Shown piece after piece: positions 22,201 through 31,683 of a stretch of 64,000 nt of DNA (position 1 is the stretch's first letter; each line of letters begins with the position of its first letter). A program made the position numbers and the translations under genes. The stretch spans positions 62,001 through 126,000 of the forward strand of contig JAADVB010000010.1 of the NCBI GenBank assembly GCA_023334545.1, written 5' to 3'. The notes beneath the pieces were generated by a model that saw nothing but the letters and a program-made list of their open reading frames with translations, searched no databases and was not told where the DNA came from. The stretch comes from Salisapilia sapeloensis CBS 127946. Lineage: Eukaryota > Protista > Oomycota.

Positions 22201-24368
22201 ACCTTGTGTCCCTGTGCAAGTAGCTTTGGCAGGAGCTTATCTAGTAGTACCATCTTGCCACAGCACTTGACCATCATGTCATGCCGCTCCTGGTCCGTCG
22301 TCAGACCTTCCGTAATGACGTCTTCTACGCCATTGTTCAAGTACGGATGGTTGCAGCACTTGCGCAGCTCCATCATGACGTTCATCAGATTCGGCATATT
22401 CTGGACACCTCCGCCACGTTGTAAGAACGCCGTGTTCTTCTCATAGATGGCACGATACCACTGCTTTTGTACCGGCGTAAGCTCCACTTCGACGATCGTC
22501 TCTTCCTTTGGCGGCAGACTCTTCTCCACATCCTCTTTCACACGACGCAAGAGATACGGCTTGAGCATTCGATGCAAGTCGGCCACCTGTCTCGCTTCAT
22601 GCAAGTCGCCAAACTTGGCTAAAAAGTCTTCAAGCGAAGGGAAGCTCTTGCCGTCTAAAAAGTTTAACAAGGCCCACAACTCCTCTGTCTTATTCTGCAG
22701 CGGCGTGCCTGTCAAGAGGACGCAATGGGCTCTCTGCAACGCTCGTAGCTGTTCCACTAGTCGAGAGCTCTGGTTCTTCAGTCGATGGGCCTCATCGACA
22801 ATGAGACAAGGCCACTTGACTTTCGACAAGATTGAAATGTCTTTAATCGCAATCTCATATGTCGTGATTAAAAGATGGAAGCGAAATGGCTTTTTCTTGT
22901 CCGGACGACCGTTGTCGTCGAGGTAGTAAAACTCATACTCACGAATCAACTCTCGTGCTTCCGCTGTACCATGGTACACGACGCAATTCATGTCTGTCCA
23001 CGTCTCACACTCGTTCTGCCACTGGATAATTAGTGCCAGTGGAGCTACGACTAGAAACGGACCTCGACACCGAATGTCCGGATCCTTTCGCAGTCGATCC
23101 AAGAACGCAAGTGTCTGGATGGTCTTGCCGAGACCCATCTCATCCGCCAAGATGCTCGGACGTTCGTTAAACCAGTTCCACATGAGCCAATTAAGACCTT
23201 CCAACTGGTAGCTGCGCAGCTGCAGCTCCTGTTCCTGACCAAAGAGAGGAGAGTTGTCCAATTTCTTATACTGCCGCAAGGACGGTCGAGGCGGAGGCTC
23301 CCACATATCCTTTGGAGGAAGCGTCAGGGTCTTGCGATAAGACTCAATGGCCGAATCGTCATCGAGATCGCACGCACGCTCCCACGTCGCCTCCGTGTAC
23401 GGAAGCACACGCCACTTGACGAGGTATCGTACACCGTCGTCCAGAGGAGCGTCTGGGAAGTTGACAGGGTCAGGCGGGATCGGATCATCCTTCCGGTCGG
23501 CGAGAATGCGCTGGATCTCGAGGTACTCTGGGTTAAAGTACTCAATCTCATCATCGACATCCTCCATCCGTTTCTTATTCATCTGATTCGCATGCGTCAA
23601 GTGTTTCTTTTCTAAAAAGCGTTTAATCTTGAGCTTGTTGGTAGCATCTAGCTCCAGCAGCGTCTGCTCCTGCTCCCACGACGCATGCATGTACGAGAAA
23701 TGGCGCCACTTGACCAAATACTCTTGCTTCCCGTCCACCTCTCTGTTCCCCATGATCTTCTCAATCACCATCGTCGGGAGCTCCGTCGTGGCTAGTCCCT
23801 CCTCTTTCTTCTTCTTCACCGGAGGTCCGTCCGAATCGTACAATTCGTCCGAGATGCTCCCGCTCTTCTCCTTGTCCGATCCGTCGCTCTCAATCAGCTG
23901 CTCAGCCATCTTCCGAGATCGCTTCTTGCTTCGCTTCCGAGCTTCGCGCCGCACAGGTCGCTCCTCCTCTCGATGCTTGTGCTTGTGCTTCTTCTTCTTG
24001 GACCTGCGAGATCGCTTCGTGCCGCACGTCGGACACTCCCGCACACGTCCGTCCTCCTGCTTGTCGCCACAATTGTCGCACACCCATCCTTTGCGACTGC
24101 GCTCGCTCTTCTCCTGTCGCGTGCCCTGGACTTTAGCATTCGCCTCGGCCGTCGTCAAGGCTTCCGGGGCGGGTCTCCGCACTCCCTGTTTTTCGCACAA
24201 CGGACAAATGTAGCTGTCCATGGCCTCGAGCTCTTCCGTGGACAGCAAGAGCCCGCAGCAGCTCGGATGGACCCAGCCGTTGCACCCGCCAGTGCCGACG
24301 ATGCACTCGATCATGATTCCAGTATCATCCTGCTGACATACGCAGTACTTTGTTAATGCCTGCGCCAT
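19281..24368 (-). CDS. Chromodomain-helicase-DNA-binding (CHD) SNF2 remodeller
   Basis: 1695-aa intronless ORF: N-terminal PHD (YCVCQQ..GWVHPSCC..YICPLC), C2-C2 zinc ribbon, two chromodomains (YLVKW), ADEMGLGKT, DEAH, LSTKAGGLGLN, QAQARAHRIGQ, SANT/SLIDE-like C-terminal repeats. Confidence 0.95.
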   Translation of the reverse strand: MAQALTKYCVCQQDDTGIMIECIVGTGGCNGWVHPSCCGLLLSTEELEAMDSYICPLCEKQGVRRPAPEALTTAEANAKVQGTRQEKSERSRKGWVCDNCGDKQEDGRVRECPTCGTKRSRRSKKKKHKHKHREEERPVRREARKRSKKRSRKMAEQLIESDGSDKEKSGSISDELYDSDGPPVKKKKEEGLATTELPTMVIEKIMGNREVDGKQEYLVKWRHFSYMHASWEQEQTLLELDATNKLKIKRFLEKKHLTHANQMNKKRMEDVDDEIEYFNPEYLEIQRILADRKDDPIPPDPVNFPDAPLDDGVRYLVKWRVLPYTEATWERACDLDDDSAIESYRKTLTLPPKDMWEPPPRPSLRQYKKLDNSPLFGQEQELQLRSYQLEGLNWLMWNWFNERPSILADEMGLGKTIQTLAFLDRLRKDPDIRCRGPFLVVAPLALIIQWQNECETWTDMNCVVYHGTAEARELIREYEFYYLDDNGRPDKKKPFRFHLLITTYEIAIKDISILSKVKWPCLIVDEAHRLKNQSSRLVEQLRALQRAHCVLLTGTPLQNKTEELWALLNFLDGKSFPSLEDFLAKFGDLHEARQVADLHRMLKPYLLRRVKEDVEKSLPPKEETIVEVELTPVQKQWYRAIYEKNTAFLQRGGGVQNMPNLMNVMMELRKCCNHPYLNNGVEDVITEGLTTDQERHDMMVKCCGKMVLLDKLLPKLLAQGHKVLVFSQMVRVLDIIEDYLRFSGYLFERLDGNIRGNERQAAINRFVKPEYERFVMLLSTKAGGLGLNLTAADTVLIFDSDWNPHNDLQAQARAHRIGQTQSVKIYRLVTRKTYEMHMFHKASLKLGLDKAVLSHMRREKEGENGSQEKKSKAEEAKEIDELLKRGAYDVFREDDQAAQQFCDADIDQILQRSAQVVQYADESNSSFSKASFVSATTDDDVDIEDPDFWKKAVGLADPEPGEDEEALPLQRKRTRVNRFGTLGDSAEEEEDFNEEEKDEYTEANKEKETREWTANGRERVQRALMHYGFGRWELIRKQSGGSRSISEVAAFAKAFLYVCGLGCVEPSTGSSSSSKDEAPFVKSVVRASTMAREKGLVDEATLPTVLQDEEFMTKMKQSGGRRVLVRLDMLHRLHEVISSACDALDEAYDGEKELPKKETADIDERVHFHGVQSVVDAVHVPDAQDRPHWTQLTPWWGLEADRNLLVGVFLHGYGRSSQILSDSRLCFAKEDEDREKNPEVQAMNRLLFWLLSVEESRRQKEIGQERKERAQIENQRKVELEKQQRKAALRRVELKAKQLAQMDTIRVLASLHNIGQLPPALPSQKARLKDWTKEERRSFSYMIALYGAPRILAKSAVSGAPENVEDGAPKPFAWHTDSLSWTNIVQWGRLEKTGDMAKSYYEHKFLPRCRELAGVKVDPLGSDQRAVALSDMIGVEFVDGQEGVMAHGLKARNMAWVTLRRAQLLDDVRHVLTHELPALVQYLRSGSPHLVQHMPVWWCPWLHDLGIFYGMAKHGIANWPAMRGDRTLPFHRDARAHHIREVFLDGTPSFTPLYRHLFETEEAMDKWFHQVLEELPSLAVLERKVQAICADVLQAGIEDGSVDAGSRYEEPSSRREYSQLAPEDPLERWLMDAADNVDRYIEPPKMPREVMEKEAAGSLESLAHAAESQERQENGDKDENGKGHSSNPSMQMVVS

Positions 24369-24552
24369 CGTTCAGGAAAAAGTTGTATGCCTTCTACTTG
24401 AACCTCCCCCCTCTCGTGCGCTTTGCGTTTTTCTTCTTTCGCACTTTTGAGGCCAGTAGTTATTTCAAACTCACATCCCATCATCATCTGCGCTTCCCGA
24501 ATTAGCTCGGCATTTCGCACCTAATCTGAAGGGATTATTAGAATCAGGAAGT

Positions 24553-24603
24553 GTGATTGGAGAAAGCTAATTCGTAGCTAAAAGGTAGGTTCCCGCCAAT
24601 CAT
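24553..24603. promoter_or_regulatory. Inverted pair of CCAAT boxes upstream of the CHD gene
   Basis: GTGATTGG at about 24553-24560 and GCCAATCAT at about 24595-24603, about 190-230 nt upstream of the CHD ATG. Confidence 0.4.
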
Positions 24604-25598
24604 AAAAGCAGTGTTTCTCTGTCTCGAGTCTTTCTGGCTCGACTTCCATGGCCGGTTCTGTCGGTCTTACCGCTATCTTTGACAGGAATCGACAATGCAA
24701 GAGACGTGTACAAGGTTTGAAGTACAATATGGGTGATGTATGTATGCTGCTTCAAGTACCACATCGCCAACTAAAAGTATTATTATCGTAGTCTGTTAAA
24801 CATCATGCGTTGTCCGATGTAGCGATGTACCTGGCACTAAAATTCTCCTAAAGTGTCCTATCTACTCAAATGTTCATTTTATTGCATCGTACTTTGCCTT
24901 ACCTGTCGGTGAACACGTCAACTTAAAGTGGAAAGTTGGAGTTCTTGGAGGTATCCTCAACGTGTTGAGGTTGCCATATCTTCAACGACGTGAGAAGGAT
25001 AGATAAAGACGATTAAACATGAGCACTGCATTGATATTCATGCTAGTCGATAAAACACGACAAGTATCTTTGGCATACGAATAAAAACGTCAAAAATCTA
25101 CAGCTGACTATTGTCATTGATCTATGCATATTGCTGGTGGTGTACTCGTAAGAAATCATCTTAGACTGAAACCTCAATACGTTCACAAATACTGCCTTCC
25201 ACCGAGTACAATGTAAGCTATGCGAGTGTGGAGAATATTCAAATACATGGGTCGATCATTTAAATGCCAAGCGTCCTATATGAAACGCAAATCGACCATC
25301 GATAGCTTCTTGTTCTATGTTGCAAGATGTCGTGTCGGAATCATAGTCACTTGCAACAGTATCCAAGTACATAGGCTGTAAATTCAATCCCCAAGACCTG
25401 ACACAGGCATTCCCTCAAAAATGGGAGCATCGCCCATGCTACTGATATTCCATCTCTACCGACAGTAGGCGGAAAGAGGCAGTCAATAGAGCACCGAAAG
25501 CAACGATCCAAATGTCTCATGGTCCGTTTCATTCCATTTTTAGCAAATCAACAGAGCGATCGTAGCTCAAGCGGTTTTACTGCTCCTCTTGCCGTAAT

Positions 25599-26828
25599 AT
25601 GGAGTCCAGCGACGGTCTCACGAGCGGCGACTTAATATGGATCATATCGACCATCCTCCTCTACTCGGTCCTCAGTGCAGTCACCGCCTACGTTCTATGG
25701 CGCGAATACAGACCTCGCCAGCATCATTACATGCCAGTCGCGCTTAACGGAGCTTCCGATCTTCCACAACATGCCAATCACCGACGTGGCGCCTCGACTT
25801 CCCATCAGAACATGCAATCTCGAGCCAATAGCATGAGCAACTCTGGAGCGAACGCAGTTTCGTCAAGTTCCAATCTGCTCGACGATGACGCCGGTACGAA
25901 CGAATCGACCGGATCGGAGACTCGCCGGCGCTTCTTCATCCTTCTTTTGATTGCCAGCGTGTCTCGAGTGAGCTCTCTCATCGCTGAACTCGTGCTCTTG
26001 CACATGGATGAAGACTTTACGGACGGATCGCTCACTCGGCGCCTACTAGCTCTTTTCCTGTGGCTACCGTCTCTACTCTTCATCACCATGTACGCTCTCG
26101 TACTGCTCTTTTGGTCACAACTGTGCTATGCATGCTGGGGTAAATCGCTGCCCTGGCCGCGCCGTGTATTTTTCGTGTTTAACGTATCGATCTACATTGC
26201 CCTCGCCGTCATTTTCTTTACAAACTCTACGGCAGGAGGCATCGGCAAGAGCTGCGACAATCTACTCGGCTCTCTCTACCTACTCGGCCTATTCGCCATG
26301 CTCTACTATAGCATCCGTCTCCTACACTTTTTCAGCACGCAAAGTCCTGACGAAGACTTTTTCTTCGACTTGCCGTCGCACCGGTCATCTACTAGCCACA
26401 GCTGGACACCTCGGCAAGTAGTCATGTGCCGTATCGTGGCGGTGTGCAGTCTACTTTGTCTACTTTTCCTATCCAAAGGCGTCTACTTGCTGAGCATGGG
26501 CACGGGACTCATGCCTACGGAAGAGTCGGACTATAGCAGTCCCGTTGGTCAGCGCCATATCGGATCTGAGTTTATTCTCCACTTTTGCACCGAATTTCTA
26601 CCGGCAGCGCTGCTGCTTTTTGTGACACGACCGGATGCGAAGGCGAGTGCCCAGTCCACTCACACGTCGTCCAGCGTCCACATGAGCCAAGCGAAGCCAC
26701 CCACACCCAACTATAGCTTCCAATCGCGGACAAACAGCGCGAGCTACCACGAGGAACCATTCAGCAACGGCAATATCAGCCATCAGGTACACTTTAATTA
26801 CAATAGCACTACAAGAAGTGGATTTTAA
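25599..26828 (+). CDS. THH1/TOM1/TOM3-family multipass membrane protein (tobamovirus multiplication 1-like)
   Basis: About seven hydrophobic segments. LPSLLFITMYALVLLFWSQLCY resembles TOM1 LPxLLFFSTYxLLVLFWAEI; C-terminal EFLPAALLLFVTR. Confidence 0.75.
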   Translation: MESSDGLTSGDLIWIISTILLYSVLSAVTAYVLWREYRPRQHHYMPVALNGASDLPQHANHRRGASTSHQNMQSRANSMSNSGANAVSSSSNLLDDDAGTNESTGSETRRRFFILLLIASVSRVSSLIAELVLLHMDEDFTDGSLTRRLLALFLWLPSLLFITMYALVLLFWSQLCYACWGKSLPWPRRVFFVFNVSIYIALAVIFFTNSTAGGIGKSCDNLLGSLYLLGLFAMLYYSIRLLHFFSTQSPDEDFFFDLPSHRSSTSHSWTPRQVVMCRIVAVCSLLCLLFLSKGVYLLSMGTGLMPTEESDYSSPVGQRHIGSEFILHFCTEFLPAALLLFVTRPDAKASAQSTHTSSSVHMSQAKPPTPNYSFQSRTNSASYHEEPFSNGNISHQVHFNYNSTTRSGF

Positions 26829-28341
26829 GGATTGGTGGCCACTCGGATCGCAATAGCAGCTGCGGATGTATGGTTCCGCGAACAATCGGTACGATCGGAA
26901 GGAAGCGGCGGAAGCTACACGACCCATGAAGCCCTCGTCCGGTCTCCACCAGTTTCCTTGAGTCGATAGAAGTATCTCCTAACTATGCCTTGGAACGACG
27001 CTTATCCGTATTGATGCCGTCCGTCGTTCAGTTGTGAGTGGTACCTCTTGTCAGTCTGTGGCCCGAAGCAAGATAACGTCAACATGCCACAGTCATTACT
27101 GCTTGGCCCTAGACCTATTACGACCTAACTCGACATAAACCAGTCAGGCGTAATACCAATAGAATGATTGCTGTCCATTGGAAGCCGAATTCTTCATTCT
27201 GCGAGGCTCTCGGAGCGTCTTTAAGCCAGTCGTAAATTTATTTCATTGATGACCAGCTATCTGTTTAGATGAAACCTTTTTTTGAATACTTCCAGTGCAT
27301 GTCAAAAAATGAAGTGGTGCGGAGAGACATCGTGCACCATTCGCTTGACCTGTCTCATTTCTGTCTCCGCTCACAAAGAGGCTTCGACCCAATCACCATG
27401 CGGAAACGGATCACACTATCAGAAGATACTAACGATGCGGAGCAAACAATTACGCTGCGTAAATTCTTTTGGTCAACGCGCTCGCTCCGGATTGGCAATC
27501 ATCTCGTACAGAGCTCTCCTACCTATACCTTCTACTGACTATGTACGGAAACTTGATGGTGGAGATACCTGTGATACTTGAGAGCTTTCATTGGAGGCTG
27601 CGATCACGTAGCTACGAAATGTCACCTTTTATAAAAATAATCGGGTTAAAGTTTACACCCTTGTTTTACAGCCTACAACTAACTTCATGGATGTGTCTCC
27701 CACCAGTGCGGTACCAAGCTCATGTAAAGACGGTTCCACTATCACAACTTTGCTCCCTCCGTGCCAACATTGCGTCGTTAAAAAAGAATATTTTCTCATG
27801 ACGCGCCGAACTATCAACAAGCGAGTAATCACTGCTTGTTCGTCGAGTTCGAAAGGTGGTGGCAAAGCACACTCGAGCGAAAGCATTGGAAAGCACTTTT
27901 TCTATCGATGATGATGAAAACTCCCATGTGTTGTTACTCGTGAGATCGACGAAAGATAGGTGGGGCTGTCTTCCACATGAGCAACAAGTATTTCTTAAAA
28001 CGTGAAAACTCATTGCCTCGGCTACGCGAACTATGCATGTAGATTTCACCTAGTGTTCGAAAAAGTCAAGCAGAGCGAAGTAGAGCGAGAAAGAGGTACA
28101 AGACATAGCACACCTGTCGAATAAGACTTTTTTTCCGAACCACCCTTCTCACCGTAAACATGAGCGTGAGCAATCCGTCGGTCTGAATGCGGGATCGTCT
28201 CGAAAAAAAGACAGGCCTGATTGCGGCACTCCAGTCCATTTCTACTTTTGCCTGCTCGTGCCAACAAGGTCTTTTCATCTAGTACCAAGTGGTGACAAGA
28301 CAATTGCCTCTTCACCTTCTACATCAATACAAAAGACCGAC

Positions 28342-29103
28342 ATGACTACTTCGTCGCACACATTCCCGCACATGGAGTCTAATTTCGGACCTGCCTTCAC
28401 GCATCCGACCACGGCCCATTCGCGCTTGAAGATACCGTCACCTCCGCGTCTGGTATCCCAATCCGAGTCGACGTCGAGGTTGCCGCCAAAACTGCCATCT
28501 CTAGAAGGACTGCTTAAAAACATGCAGTCCGAAGGTCAGACGCACCCTAGACCGTACCAAGAACCACACGCGAGCTTTCCATCACCCGACTCATCGTCTC
28601 CGATGCCGTCGCTCTTAGCGCTGTCGAATCATTCGTCACCCACAATGTCTCTGCCATCCACGCCACTTGTCTGTCGGAATCCATACCAGAGCCCATGGAG
28701 CGCTGCGACACCGAATGAAGCTCAGACCAAGTACGAGAACCAGTTCGACCCATCCAGCCGGAAAAGATCCGAGCCGATGCATGTCTCGGCACCCGTTCGA
28801 TCGACCAAGCAAAACCGCCCAGCCGGGAACAGAACTCGTGCGTCTAAATACTGCAAAGTAGATGGGTGCCAACGCGTGTCCCAGCGAAACAACCTGTGTC
28901 ACAGCCACGGAGGCAAGCGGCTATGCAAAGAGGACGGCTGCAGCTCCAAGGATCGTGGCAATGGATACTGCATCAAGCACGGCGGCGGCAAGTTCTGCGC
29001 CTCAAGAGGTTGCATGAAAAAGGCTCGACGCAAAGGTCTATGCACACAGTGCTTTCGCGTCACCGAGGCCGCCCAGGAAGACGCCCACGAGTGGGCATAT
29101 TAA
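28342..29103 (+). CDS. WRKY19-like Cys/His zinc-finger repeat protein (oomycete type)
   Basis: S/P-rich N-terminus (LPSLEGLL, MPSLLAL) followed by three repeats: CKVDGC..LCHSHGG, CKEDGC..YCIKHGGG, CASRGC..LCTQC. Confidence 0.8.
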   Translation: MTTSSHTFPHMESNFGPAFTHPTTAHSRLKIPSPPRLVSQSESTSRLPPKLPSLEGLLKNMQSEGQTHPRPYQEPHASFPSPDSSSPMPSLLALSNHSSPTMSLPSTPLVCRNPYQSPWSAATPNEAQTKYENQFDPSSRKRSEPMHVSAPVRSTKQNRPAGNRTRASKYCKVDGCQRVSQRNNLCHSHGGKRLCKEDGCSSKDRGNGYCIKHGGGKFCASRGCMKKARRKGLCTQCFRVTEAAQEDAHEWAY

Positions 29104-29516
29104 AGCCGTCAAGGCGCTCCCTGTAACCTAGCACTAGGTGGCGATGGACGTATGAGCTTACATAAAGTTTCGCCATCCAAATAACAAAGAAAACCATTTT
29201 TTATACACAATCTCTACTTTTATCAACTTCCGCATAAACAAAAGGACACATGGATTGTCGTCTCTTCCAGTGGTGCATGTGAAACGCCCATTAAAAGCTT
29301 GTCTCTATCCAGTGGTACGGACCTCTTCGTGGCCGAAAGAATGGCGTACGTGAAACCGTCGGGGACTGGCCACTTCCAGACAGCCTCAACAAAAATATGA
29401 GGGAGGAAGATGGCACCTCCCCAGTCTTGAAGATAGTAATCCAGACTTCTTGACGTGAAAGTTGCACGAATGTTGCCAATACACCTTTACAGCAACATTT
29501 TCGTAGTAGACGATTA

Positions 29517-30101
29517 ATGAGGCGAGCAATTCTCCGCCGTCCGGCACCTCGTCAGCTTTTCGCACTGGTACGTCTACGCCTGTTCTTCTTGTCTGACGTT
29601 AGATCCGCGAAACGGTCAAGAAAGATCCCTTATACTTCCTTGTGCAATCTTATTAGATTAAGAACATGAGCACTGGCGAGACTGCTGGCCCGACGGCCCT
29701 TCGGATCCAAGATAAGCTTACGTCGACCTTTCAGCCAAGTCATCTGGAAGTGCTGAACGAGAGCTACATGCACAATGTGCCGAAAGGAGCAGAGACACAC
29801 TTTAAAGTACATCTACATGCGTAATCGTTATCAGACTTAAAGCTGAGAGGTAGCCTAGGTCGTCGTCGTCTCTGATCTCTTCGATGGCAAAAAAGTGCTA
29901 GAACGTCACCGCATGGTTAATGAAGCACTGCAGGAGGAACTAGATGCTGGTGTCCACGCATTGTCGATCAAGCCCAAGACACCGGCGCAGTGGTCGAAAA
30001 ACTCCACAGTCGCGCCATCGCCGTCCTGCCGTGGCGGCATGAAGACAGATCCTACCAAACAAGAATTCCTAGCCAACCTCCAGGAACAGCATAAACAATA
30101 A
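29517..30101 (+). CDS. BOLA1: BolA-family protein (BolA1-like, predicted mitochondrial)
   Basis: [21 protein letters not shown] / [30 protein letters not shown]. Intron 29807-29858. An upstream phase-0 exon 29517-29567 ([17 protein letters not shown]) gives a presequence-like leader. Alternative ATG at 29666. Confidence 0.88.
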
Positions 30102-30126
30102 GACGAAAGACATCTTCCTATTCCTT

Positions 30127-31392
30127 TTAGCGTCGACGCAATCTATCTTGTAGCATTGTCAGCGCCACGGAGATGGCTCCGCCTAGCAGCACTGCTAGAA
30201 TATCGTGCTTATTCCTCTCCACCCACTTCACTGCTCTCCGAAGTACTAGAGGTGTTCGATGAGCGCTAGCTGATCGTAAGTTCGCGAGACTCTCTAGAGA
30301 TACTTCAATCCCACTGTCAGCCAGGTAGGCGTAATGCAGTCCAGCCAAGTGCTCCACGAGACTCTCTTCAATGTCTTGCACACCTTTCGGCCGTTCCACA
30401 TTCGTCTCTCGCCCGTCCTGATGCACCAGCAACACTTGGTCAAACCTAGAGTGCAGCTCGTTGGCAACGACAACCTGCATTCCGTACTTGTTGATTGCGC
30501 TACGAGCCTTGGACTTCAAGATGTTCCAGTCGGTTTCTAGTTTAAAGGATGCGACAAAGGCCTTGGGCGCCCACTGTTGTCTTAAGACGCCAAGCAGCTT
30601 CGGTACTTGCATCAAGGAAAGATCTAGAGGTCCCTCTCGAGACTGGATCTTGTGCTCGGCCTGAGATGCCGAGGGAACGTAAAAGTCACTAACTGCAGCA
30701 GCAAGTACGAAGAGAGCGTGCTCTCCGATCGGGTGCACTTGTTCAGCAACAAGTTTTAGCAGGAAGAAGTAGTCGTCAACGGACGTGAACGGAAGGGAGA
30801 GTAAGGAATGCGAATGGATAGCACTCTTGTACTCTGCCAAAGCAGTGGTGATCTTTGTCCGAGCACTCGCCTCTGGAATCTCCAACGTCACGTTCTGATG
30901 GTGAGTAATGTCTACTTCCAAGAAATTCAACAAGTCCAGATCGACGTGGCTGGAAGTTGATTTCTATCGTTGATAGCGTGAGTTTAGACCTGTAACATGC
31001 GGAATGTTGCTTAATACCTGTAAATGACGCGCAAAAGGAGCAATGGATCCTGGTCGGTGGAGATAGACCACAGCATACCCCAATTGGAGCAAATGCCTGC
31101 ATATAAGCATGACTGCATAAGTATTTTGCTATTAATCAACATCGATGTCATACTAAACTTACTCGACGCAGGCAGCACCTCTAGATCCGGTCGAAAAGTT
31201 GTCCAAGAATCGGACAGTATTCTTCTCCAGCGGAGCTGTCGTGCCTCCGGATGTCACAATGGCCACACATTTCCCCACCACTAGCTGGTGATCGATGAAT
31301 TCATGAAGAGATTTCTTGTAAGAATCATGCCAGCTCGGAATCGGCGTTTCCTCAAAGTAGCGAGTTGTCGTGACAGCTGAATCGGCTTCCAT
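30127..31392 (-). CDS. PPCS: Phosphopantothenate--cysteine ligase (CoaB/PPCS) with C-terminal hydrophobic tail
   Basis: [66 protein letters not shown]. Three exons (first donor at 31162). Confidence 0.92.
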
Positions 31393-31683
31393 CGACCCTC
31401 GATGGCCAAGAAGTTTTCGTTGTCGACTTTGGTTGTCAGAGCTGAGACGAGTTGTTTGGAATAAACACCGTCCATGTATACCTTGTAAAAGTACCAAAGT
31501 GTCCGGGAACATAACTATCTTTCTAACAAAAGAGAAAATTCCTTTCTTTGAGTTCATGGCATCCTCGGGAAGTCGATGCTATGCATTGCCTCGCAGTAAC
31601 TACTACTCGAGCATGATAAAATCAAGTTTCTTTCCCGGCTTTTAAAGTACAAACCATTTTTGTTTTTGCCATTTCGACGAAAG

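Noticed and set aside
29230-29490. 87-codon minus-strand open frame without a start, between the WRKY-like gene and BolA
   Set aside because: No start codon or credible intron (the candidate intron is only about 40 nt), no motif, and it overlaps the expected BolA promoter.
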